Below, in pieces: positions 17,165-24,646 of a stretch of 30,472 nt of DNA. The stretch comes from a virus (Duplodnaviria; Caudoviricetes): IMG/VR virus record IMGVR_UViG_3300043391_000022, positions 1 to 30,472 of that record; one strand, given 5' to 3'. A model generated the notes under the pieces. The model was not told the DNA's origin. It searched no databases and worked only from the letters and a program-made list of their open reading frames with translations. Numbering within the stretch: the first letter of the stretch is position 1; every line of letters begins with the position of its first letter. Both the position numbers and the translations under genes were made by a program.

Positions 17165-17885
17165 AGCTAAACAAGCAAGCCTGAATGGGCGGACGCTGTT
17201 TATCGGCATCCCCGCCTATGACGGGAAACTGAACATCAAGACTGCTTTTGCTCTGGCGCAGCTTATGCCCAAAGCGATGAGTCTTGGTGTGTCGGTTATC
17301 CTGTCCGATTTGTCTAACTGCTCCATCATCACAATGGCGCGTAATGCCTTAGTGCATGAGTTCTTGAAAACAGACGCAACAGAGTTGCTGTTTATTGATG
17401 CAGATGTAGTTGCTACAGCCGACGACATGCTGCGGTTAATGGCTCAGAGCAGAGACATCACCACTGGCGCGTACCCACGCAGAGCCAAAGACCAAAACTT
17501 TTTTGCTGACCTGTACTTTGACGCTAATGGCGATCTGGAGTTTGACGGGTCACTGATGCGTGTTGAGCGTGCGCCTACAGGGTTCATGCTGATTCAACGT
17601 CACGTTATTGAGAAGCTGGTAGCCGCTCACCCCGAGTGGATATACGAGAAGTCCCCCACGGAGAAGATGTCAGCAGTGTTTGACTTTGCTATCGTTGACG
17701 GCAAGTATGTGGGCGAGGACTACTTGTTCTGCGACCGGGCTACCCAGATGGGGTTCAAGGTTTACATTGACGTAGACATCAGCCTGCCGCACGTAGGCTC
17801 AAATGAATTCAGTCGTAATTTCCGCGAAGAGGTTGTAATGCCTATGCTGGAAAACATCTACAACTCTAAGTTGAAGGCGGCGTAA
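17157..17885 (+). CDS. GT-A fold glycosyltransferase (GT2-like)
   Basis: LFIGIPAY, ARNALV, LLFIDADV (DxD), APTGFMLI, VGEDYLFC, LPHVG. Confidence 0.85.
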   Translation: MAEAKQASLNGRTLFIGIPAYDGKLNIKTAFALAQLMPKAMSLGVSVILSDLSNCSIITMARNALVHEFLKTDATELLFIDADVVATADDMLRLMAQSRDITTGAYPRRAKDQNFFADLYFDANGDLEFDGSLMRVERAPTGFMLIQRHVIEKLVAAHPEWIYEKSPTEKMSAVFDFAIVDGKYVGEDYLFCDRATQMGFKVYIDVDISLPHVGSNEFSRNFREEVVMPMLENIYNSKLKAA

Positions 17886-18145
17886 TGGCAACAAAGAAAA
17901 AAGGCCCATCACTGGCTGTTGGCCGTGGGGAGAAGCTCCCAGTGTCTAAGGGCGCTGGCTTGACTGCCAAAGGAAGAGCTAAATACAATGCAGCTACGGG
18001 CAGCAACCTCAAGGCTCCGCAGCCACAAGGCGGCCCAAGGAAAGATTCATTCTGTGCCCGAATGTCAGGAATGCCCGGCCCGATGAAAGATGAAAAAGGC
18101 AAGCCTACCCGCAAGGCGGCTTCCTTAGCAAGATGGAAATGTTGA
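17885..18145 (+). CDS. small basic protein (DUF6321-like, from recall)
   Basis: GLTAKGRAKYN, NLKAP, SFCARM and SLARWKC motifs. Confidence 0.7.
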   Translation: MATKKKGPSLAVGRGEKLPVSKGAGLTAKGRAKYNAATGSNLKAPQPQGGPRKDSFCARMSGMPGPMKDEKGKPTRKAASLARWKC

Positions 18146-18146
18146 G

Positions 18147-18407
18147 ATGGACGTAAATCTTATATGGACAGCCGGATTGTCAATCATCATGGGTGTATTT
18201 GGATTCTTTATCCGAGAGAAACTCGGACAGGTCAAAGACATCAGTGAGGATGCCAAACGCATTGAGCGTCTCATTAACATCACACGCGAGGAGATTGCCC
18301 GTGATAACGTTACTCAAGCAGAAATTCAGCGAATTACTGACCACATTGACCAACGCTTTAACAAGCTTGAAGCAAAAATTGACCAACTTATTCAAGCGGG
18401 GCGATGA
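18147..18407 (+). CDS. N-terminal TM plus coiled-coil protein
   Basis: LIWTAGLSIIMGVFGFFI; RFNKLEAKIDQL. Confidence 0.7.
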   Translation: MDVNLIWTAGLSIIMGVFGFFIREKLGQVKDISEDAKRIERLINITREEIARDNVTQAEIQRITDHIDQRFNKLEAKIDQLIQAGR

Positions 18408-18940
18408 TGCCAAGTAGCTCAAAGAAACAAGCGGATTTTATGCGTGCGGTGGCTCATAGCCCATCGTTCGCCAAGAAGGTAGAAGTCCCACAATCTGTGG
18501 GCAAAGACTTTTCAACTGCGGACAAGGGCCGCAAATTTTCTAAAGGTGGCGACATGAAAAAGATGAATATGGGCGGATATGCAGATGGCGGTATGACTAT
18601 GGTTAACAAAGGCGGCAAAATGGTTCCCGACTTTGCTGCTGATGGCGTAGGCAAAATGGCTAAAGGCGGTGCTGTAGGAATGCACAAAATGCCTGACGGC
18701 AAAATGATGAAGGACTCTGCCATGACAAAAATGGCTAAAGGCGGCATGGCCGAAGGCGGCAAAGCTGATATGGCCCAAGACAAAGCCATGATTAAAAAAG
18801 CTTTTAAACAACACGATATGCAAGAGCACAAAGGCGGCAAGGGTACTTCCTTGAAGCTGGCTAAAGGCGGCGGCATTGAGTCTCGGGGTAAAACCAAGGG
18901 CACGATGATTACCATGAAGTCCGGCGGCAGAGCCTGTTAA
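18404..18940 (+). CDS. Lys/Gly/Met-rich protein with repeated hydrophobic-x-x-GG motifs
   Basis: FSKGG, MNMGG, YADGG, VNKGG, MAKGG x2, MAEGG, LAKGG, MKSGG. Confidence 0.75.
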   Translation: MMPSSSKKQADFMRAVAHSPSFAKKVEVPQSVGKDFSTADKGRKFSKGGDMKKMNMGGYADGGMTMVNKGGKMVPDFAADGVGKMAKGGAVGMHKMPDGKMMKDSAMTKMAKGGMAEGGKADMAQDKAMIKKAFKQHDMQEHKGGKGTSLKLAKGGGIESRGKTKGTMITMKSGGRAC

Positions 18941-18950
18941 GGGGAATATT

Positions 18951-19388
18951 ATGAAAACAAATAAATCTAACAGCAGCGGTTTAAATATAATGGAAATACT
19001 GAGACGCCCGGAGCGTTACGAAAGCGTCCGGCCTTCGGGTTTTGAAAAAAGAATTACATCCGCCAAAAATGAAGCTATTGGAGAAGGCATGCGTGGCGCT
19101 GGTTCGGTTTTAAAAGAAGCTGGAAAAGTTGCCGCTACGCTACCTATGGGCGGAGTAGGTATTATGGGCGTTAATCGCCAAGATGCAGAAGGCGGTGTTA
19201 GTGACGTTAAAAATGCCATTGAGAAATATCGTAGAGCTTCTACAGAGCAAGATGCCGCTGATAGAGAAATGGAAGCGCAAGATCGCCGTGAATCTCGTGG
19301 TATGAAATCGGGCGGGTCTGTAGGTTCAGCTTCCAAACGTGCTGATGGTTGTGCTGTCAAAGGCAAGACCAAAGGTCGGATGATCTGA
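18951..19388 (+). CDS. hypothetical protein with C-terminal MKSGG and ADG-x-A-x-KGKTKG motifs
   Basis: C-terminus MKSGGSVGSASKRADGCAVKGKTKGRMI. Confidence 0.75.
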   Translation: MKTNKSNSSGLNIMEILRRPERYESVRPSGFEKRITSAKNEAIGEGMRGAGSVLKEAGKVAATLPMGGVGIMGVNRQDAEGGVSDVKNAIEKYRRASTEQDAADREMEAQDRRESRGMKSGGSVGSASKRADGCAVKGKTKGRMI

Positions 19389-19389
19389 T

Positions 19390-19569
19390 ATGGCAACCGT
19401 AAAACCAGCCGCTAAAGTAGTTAAGTCTTTAAAGAAGGCTGGGTTTTACGGCGCGGCTGAACCTAAACGGCTGGCTATTATCAACAAAGTTACAACCAAA
19501 CCCCAGCGGATAGAGATGGTTGATAAGTTGTTTTTAGCCAAGAAACCCATGAAGGGCAGGACAAAATGA
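19390..19569 (+). CDS. small basic protein (59 aa; not in ORF track)
   Basis: MATVKPAAKVVKSLKKAGFYGAAEPKRLAIINKVTTKPQRIEMVDKLFLAKKPMKGRTK*; fills the gap exactly; ATGA overlap downstream. Confidence 0.7.
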   Translation: MATVKPAAKVVKSLKKAGFYGAAEPKRLAIINKVTTKPQRIEMVDKLFLAKKPMKGRTK

Positions 19570-19814
19570 TAGCAAGTCGCGGCATGGGGGACATCTCCCC
19601 CTCTAAGATGCCCAAGGGTGTAAAGAAAGCCCGAAGGGATAACACTGACTTCACGCAGTATGCCGAAGGCGGGCCTGTTGGCTTGTATGCCAATATCAAC
19701 GCCAAAAAGAAACGCATAGCCGCTGGCTCTGGTGAAAAGATGCGCAAGCCCGGGGCTAAAGGCGCTCCCACTAAGCAGGCGTTTGTGGATTCATTAAAGA
19801 CAGCAAAGAAGTAA
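19566..19814 (+). CDS. small basic protein with YAEGG motif
   Basis: MIASRGMG...YAEGGPVGLYANINAKKKR. Confidence 0.75.
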   Translation: MIASRGMGDISPSKMPKGVKKARRDNTDFTQYAEGGPVGLYANINAKKKRIAAGSGEKMRKPGAKGAPTKQAFVDSLKTAKK

Positions 19815-19817
19815 AAC

Positions 19818-20750
19818 ATGACCACAACAGGCAGCACCCTCTTCAACATGGACTTCACCGAGATTGCGGAGGAAGCGTGGGAGCGTGCTGGCCGTGAAAT
19901 GCGTTCAGGTTATGACCTGCGTACTGCTCGTCGTTCAATGAACCTAATGACCATCGAGTGGCAAAACAAAGGTATCAACATGTGGACGATGGAGCAAGGC
20001 TTCATTAACCTCACGCCCGGCTTGGCTACGTATGCGCTACCAACCAACACCATTGATTTGCTGGAACATGTAATCCGTACAGGGTCTAACACCGCTTCTA
20101 CACAAGCTGACTTAACAATCACACGTATTAGTGTTTCTACCTATGCAACCATCCCAAACAAGCTACAGCAGGCAAGACCGATTCAGGTATGGATTCAGCG
20201 GCTATCTGGTGAGGTTAATCCTACAAGCTCTGTTCTCGCCTCGACAATCACCTCCACCGCAACCACGATCACGCTTGACACGGTGGTTGGATTAGCTGGG
20301 GCCGGTTTTATTCGGTTAGATACGGAAGACATTTACTACACATACATCACAGGCAATGTCCTTGGTGGTGTGTTCCGTGCCCAAAACAACACAACCGCAG
20401 CGGCCCATACAGCCAGTACGGCGGTCTACGTGCCCCAATTGCCAGCGGTAACTGTCTGGCCTACACCTGATAACAGCACAACCTACCAATTTGTTTATTG
20501 GAGACTTCGCAGAGTGCAAGATGCCGGCGCTGGCGCTGAGACCGCAGACATGAATTTTAGATTTTTGCCATGTGTAGTTGCCGGATTGGCTTATCACATT
20601 GCAATCAAAACTCCTGAGTTAATGCCCCGCATTCAAATGCTCAAACAGATTTACGATGAGACATTTGAAACTGCGGCTGGTGAGGACAGAGAAAAAGCTG
20701 CGGTACGGTTTGTTCCTCGGCAAATGTTTATTGGCGGTGGTGGTTACTAA
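19818..20750 (+). CDS. head-tail connector/adaptor protein (putative)
   Basis: IAEEAWERAG, TARRSMNL, TVWPTPD, VAGLAYHIA; contains a central Thr-rich segment. Confidence 0.65.
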   Translation: MTTTGSTLFNMDFTEIAEEAWERAGREMRSGYDLRTARRSMNLMTIEWQNKGINMWTMEQGFINLTPGLATYALPTNTIDLLEHVIRTGSNTASTQADLTITRISVSTYATIPNKLQQARPIQVWIQRLSGEVNPTSSVLASTITSTATTITLDTVVGLAGAGFIRLDTEDIYYTYITGNVLGGVFRAQNNTTAAAHTASTAVYVPQLPAVTVWPTPDNSTTYQFVYWRLRRVQDAGAGAETADMNFRFLPCVVAGLAYHIAIKTPELMPRIQMLKQIYDETFETAAGEDREKAAVRFVPRQMFIGGGGY

Positions 20751-21214
20751 TGGACGACAAACTGTTTCTTGCTTGGGCGGCAGGTTTCTTTGATGGCGAA
20801 GGTTGTGTTTTGGTCAGCCCGCGAAGCAATGGAAAATTTCATTCTTTGTTTACAAGCGTCACGCAGCAAGAACCAACGGCATTGCATCTTTTTAAACAAC
20901 GTTTTGGCGGAAATGTTACGCCAGATAAAACTGCCACTTCCGATTCTTATGAAAGAAAACGAGGGGCTGTGCTTGTTTGGAGATGGAAAGCCTCTAGCAC
21001 AGAAGCTTATGCTTTTTTAAAAACCATTGAGCCGTATTGCGTTGTTAAAGCCGAGCAAGTGCGTGTTGCGTTGGAGTTTCCGTCTGTTGGTGTAAGATTT
21101 GTTTCCAATAATCCCATCCCTGAAGCAGTCAGAATTAAGCGGGATCAGGTCATGAGGTCATTGCAAGACATTCGCAAAGCACAAAAAGTGTATTTGGAGG
21201 TGGCAAATGGGTAA
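20750..21214 (+). mobile_element. free-standing single-motif LAGLIDADG homing endonuclease gene
   Basis: LAWAAGFFDGEGCV, FKQRFGG, FLKTIEPYCVVKAEQ. Confidence 0.88.
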
Positions 21215-21596
21215 TCGTTTTGCTTCCGGTCGAATTGCAATTGCCGAATGTGACAGATGCGGCGGCCAATTCAAACTGAAGAAGCTCAAAGAAGAGATCA
21301 TCAAGCAGCGCAAGTATCAGTTGCTGGTGTGCCCTGAGTGTTGGGATCCAGATCAGCCACAGTTGATGCTTGGAACGTTTCCAGTGGATGACCCGCAGGC
21401 GTTGCGTAACCCACGCAGGGACACAACGTATGTGACTTCAGGGGTGAACGCGGCAGGTAACTTGTCTGGTGGTTCAAGAGATATTCAGTGGGGATGGAAC
21501 CCAGTGGGTGGAAGTAAGTTTTTTGATGCGAGTCTGACCCCGAATTACTTGGTGGGAACGACATTTGTTGGTACAGTTACGGTATCCGTTTCATAG
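21207..21596 (+). CDS. Zn-ribbon protein of the structural module
   Basis: CDRC...VCPECWD, QALRNPR; GGAGG RBS. Confidence 0.75.
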   Translation: MGNRFASGRIAIAECDRCGGQFKLKKLKEEIIKQRKYQLLVCPECWDPDQPQLMLGTFPVDDPQALRNPRRDTTYVTSGVNAAGNLSGGSRDIQWGWNPVGGSKFFDASLTPNYLVGTTFVGTVTVSVS

Positions 21597-21605
21597 GAGT
21601 TAATC

Positions 21606-21794
21606 ATGACATTTAAACGTGCAGCCGATGGCATTGCTCAAAAAGGCAAAACAGACGGCACAAACTTGGGCAATAGCGGCCCTACCCAAAAAGAAATGAT
21701 GGGCGGCAAGGGTAAAGCCAAAGGCGTAACGGGCGAGGCTATGCGTGCAGTAGGCCGCAACATGGCCCGTGCCAACAATCAAAAGCGAGGCTAA
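21606..21794 (+). CDS. small basic protein (62 aa)
   Basis: AGGAG RBS; ADGIAQKGKTDG; GRNMARANNQK. Confidence 0.75.
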   Translation: MTFKRAADGIAQKGKTDGTNLGNSGPTQKEMMGGKGKAKGVTGEAMRAVGRNMARANNQKRG

Positions 21795-21796
21795 TC

Positions 21797-22063
21797 ATGG
21801 CTACATACAGCAAAAAGATGATGGGTAAGGAAGTTGGCTCAGCCAGCGTCTATGCCAAGCCACACACTATGAGTGGCAAAGCTGTCAAGATGGAAACCAA
21901 CCCCGGCAAAGAACCAAACAAAAGCAAGCTTGATACGCTTGATATGAGCGTTGGTGCTTTTAGCAAATCGGCTGGCGATGAGCAGGTCAAAACCAGCGGC
22001 ATCAAAATCCGTGGTACTGGCGCAGCAACTAAAGGCGTGATGGCCCGAGGCCCAATGGCATGA
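21797..22063 (+). CDS. small basic protein (88 aa)
   Basis: C-terminal GIKIRGTGAATKGVMARGPMA. Confidence 0.75.
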   Translation: MATYSKKMMGKEVGSASVYAKPHTMSGKAVKMETNPGKEPNKSKLDTLDMSVGAFSKSAGDEQVKTSGIKIRGTGAATKGVMARGPMA

Positions 22064-22713
22064 CCTACACCGAACTCGTCATTTTGGTAAGTGACTACTG
22101 TGAGAACACGTTTCCCACGGTAGACATGAACACGTTCATTAAGCAGGCAGAGCAGCGTATTTATAACACTGTTCAGCTTGCTAATTTGCGTAAGAACGTG
22201 ACGGGCACAATTACATCTGGCAACAAATACTTGTCCTGCCCAAATGATTTTCTTTCGGTATATTCATTGGCTTTGTTTCCTGTTAGCGGCGGAGATTATT
22301 TGTACTTGCTGAACAAAGACGTAAACTTTATGCGAGAAGCCTATCCAAATCCAACAACTACAGGCAAGCCTAAGCATTACGCCATCTTTGGCCCTCAGTC
22401 TAATGATGTTAATGAACTGTCTTTCATTGTTGGCCCAACTCCAAGCGTTGCATATAGTGCTGAACTGCATTATTACTACATCCCTGAATCAATCGTAACC
22501 GCTGGCAATACGTGGTTAGGCGACAACTTTGATTCAGCGTTGCTGTACGGCACGATGTGCGAAGCAATCACCTACATAAAGGGTGAGGCTGATATGGTCA
22601 AACTGTACAACGACCGTTACGTTCAAGCAATTGCTCTGCTCAAGAACTTGGGTGACGGCAAGCAACGCATGGATGCGTACCGTGACGGGCAAGTTAGGGT
22701 TCCTGTGTCATGA
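22060..22713 (+). CDS. tail adaptor / tubular protein A-like
   Basis: MTYTEL, FIKQAEQRI, GKPKHYA, VGPTP, TWLGDNFDSALLYG. Confidence 0.7.
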   Translation: MTYTELVILVSDYCENTFPTVDMNTFIKQAEQRIYNTVQLANLRKNVTGTITSGNKYLSCPNDFLSVYSLALFPVSGGDYLYLLNKDVNFMREAYPNPTTTGKPKHYAIFGPQSNDVNELSFIVGPTPSVAYSAELHYYYIPESIVTAGNTWLGDNFDSALLYGTMCEAITYIKGEADMVKLYNDRYVQAIALLKNLGDGKQRMDAYRDGQVRVPVS

Positions 22714-23129
22714 GTTCAATTCTTCAAACCCAGACCACCAGCTTCAAAAAAGAGCTGTATCAGGGCGTTCACGACTTGTCTACCGACACGATTAAGATTG
22801 CCCTGTATACCGCTGCCGCAGATTTAAACGAAGCCACTACCGTTTACTCAAGTAGCAATGAGGTTGTAGCGTCAGGCTATACAGCAGGCGGTCAGGTTAT
22901 GACGGGCGTGCAAATCAGCAGTGATGGTTACACGGCCTATGCCAACTGGGACAATGTAAGCTGGACGACCGCAGTAACGGCTCGATGTGCTTTGATGTAC
23001 AACGTGACTCAGGGCAATAAATCCATTGCTGTGCTGGACTTTGGTTCAGACAAAACATCTACCACCACATTCCTCATCACCATGCCAGCCAACACATCAA
23101 CGGCTGCGCTTATCAGGAGTTCAAATTGA
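22710..23129 (+). CDS. tail-associated beta protein, paralog 1
   Basis: TTSFKKELYQGVHD, KIALYT, YTAGG, AVLDFGSDKTS. Confidence 0.7.
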   Translation: MSSILQTQTTSFKKELYQGVHDLSTDTIKIALYTAAADLNEATTVYSSSNEVVASGYTAGGQVMTGVQISSDGYTAYANWDNVSWTTAVTARCALMYNVTQGNKSIAVLDFGSDKTSTTTFLITMPANTSTAALIRSSN

Positions 23130-23317
23130 TTGTTACCACCACCAAAGGCGACATGGACGATTCTCTTCTTGAGAAAAAAGAAGGTTCCGTCGATAATGAC
23201 AATGAGTACACATCATGGGTTGAGTATTGGTTGGATGGAGAGCTTGTTCATCGCTCCGCACATGTTGCCCTGAAGAGAAACCCCACATTCGCTGTTGGCG
23301 AAGCAGCAATTATTTAA
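23126..23317 (+). CDS. small acidic protein (63 aa, TTG start)
   Basis: AGGAG RBS; WVEYWLDGELVHRS. Confidence 0.7.
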   Translation: MIVTTTKGDMDDSLLEKKEGSVDNDNEYTSWVEYWLDGELVHRSAHVALKRNPTFAVGEAAII

Positions 23318-23327
23318 GGAGCCAAAA

Positions 23328-23804
23328 ATGGCAAACACGCAAAGCATGACAACCTCGTTTATGGGGGAACTCATGACAGCTACCCATAACTTTGGCGTAG
23401 CACCTACACGCGGTACGACTGCTGCCGATACGTTTAAAGCGGCCCTGTACCTGACTTCGGCCACGATTAATGCGGCCACCACAGCGTACTCTGCAACAAA
23501 TGAAGTATCGGGCACAAACTACACCGCTGGCGGCGTGACGGTGACCAACGCAACGGCTCCTACCGCAACCAATTCTTCGGCCACGGCTGGTGTGGCGTAC
23601 TGGACTCCTTCAGCTTCGATCACATACACGACTGTAACTTTGAGTACTGCATTTGATGCGGTCTTGATCTACAACAGCACACAGTCCAACAAGGCGGTGT
23701 CGGTTCACACGTTTGGCTCTCAAACCATTACGGCGGGTACGTTTACACTGACCATGCCATCAAACACTACTACAACCGCTTTGCTGCGCTTGTCTACCAC
23801 CTGA
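23328..23804 (+). CDS. tail-associated beta protein, paralog 2
   Basis: TTSFMGELMTATHN, KAALYL, YTAGG, SVHTFGSQT; TAAGGAG RBS before ATG 23328. Confidence 0.7.
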   Translation: MANTQSMTTSFMGELMTATHNFGVAPTRGTTAADTFKAALYLTSATINAATTAYSATNEVSGTNYTAGGVTVTNATAPTATNSSATAGVAYWTPSASITYTTVTLSTAFDAVLIYNSTQSNKAVSVHTFGSQTITAGTFTLTMPSNTTTTALLRLSTT

Positions 23805-23814
23805 TAGGTAAGCC

Positions 23815-24636
23815 ATGTCTCTCGGCTGGGGCGACGGCGCGTGGGGAAGTAATGGCTGGGGCGGTACTCTTGACGCTACGGGCGTTGTAGCTACTGGCGC
23901 AGTCGGAACGGCCACGCCTGTTATCTCGGTTGCGTTGACTGGTGTTGGTGGATCGGGTGCAGTCGGCACGGTTGTTGAGTCTCAATCAATCCCTGAAACT
24001 GGGGATGCCGCAGTTGGTAATGTTGGCACGGTTGATATCTCAATATCGGTAGCTCTGACGGGCGTTGGTGGTGCTGGCGCTGTTGACACGGTTGTCGCAG
24101 CAAAGTCTTTTGCACTGACTGGGGTTGGTAGTTCGGGCAGTGTTGGTTCTGTTGTACCGTCAAGCACGGTAGCTCTGACGGGTGTTTTGGCTTCTGGGTT
24201 GGTGGGCACGGTCAGCGCGGACAAGAACGTAGCGATAACGGGTGTTGCGGGATCGGGCGCAGTTGGTACGGTTGTTCAGTCTGCCTCAGTAGGTTTGACG
24301 GGCGTTGCAGCGCAGGGCGTAGCAGGCGGGGTTATTGTCCCACTCCCGTCCAATCAAGCCGATGGAGCAGTAGGTTCAGTTACAGCAGATCGTAGCGTTG
24401 CACTGACGGGGGTGGGCGGGTCTGGCGCGGTTGGCACAATGACGATTGCTGCACGGATTAAAGCCCTGACTGGGGTGGGCGCAACAGGTCAAGTTGGTAA
24501 TGTAGTTGCGGTATATTGGAAACTGATAGATGACAGCCAGACAGCAAACTGGCAAAATATCGGTAATTCACAAACGCCTGCTTGGGGCGCTATTGAAACA
24601 GCACAAACCCCCAACTGGGTAGAAGTTGTAACTTAA
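23815..24636 (+). CDS. repetitive fibre protein (VALTGV..SGAVGTV repeats)
   Basis: Roughly 19-aa tandem repeats; N-terminal GWG motif; C-terminal periodic Trp repeats. Confidence 0.75.
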   Translation: MSLGWGDGAWGSNGWGGTLDATGVVATGAVGTATPVISVALTGVGGSGAVGTVVESQSIPETGDAAVGNVGTVDISISVALTGVGGAGAVDTVVAAKSFALTGVGSSGSVGSVVPSSTVALTGVLASGLVGTVSADKNVAITGVAGSGAVGTVVQSASVGLTGVAAQGVAGGVIVPLPSNQADGAVGSVTADRSVALTGVGGSGAVGTMTIAARIKALTGVGATGQVGNVVAVYWKLIDDSQTANWQNIGNSQTPAWGAIETAQTPNWVEVVT

Positions 24637-24646
24637 GGTTTTAAAC

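Noticed and set aside
20700-21250. Group I intron or intein around the LAGLIDADG gene
   Set aside because: Flanking genes appear complete and overlap the ORF, leaving no room for an intron core; no intein terminal motifs.
23824-23862. GW repeats as Argonaute-binding hooks
   Set aside because: Superficial similarity; context is virion structural proteins.
23880-24510. Periodic repeats as CRISPR array or DGR template
   Set aside because: Degenerate in-frame protein repeats; no spacers, cas or reverse transcriptase genes.
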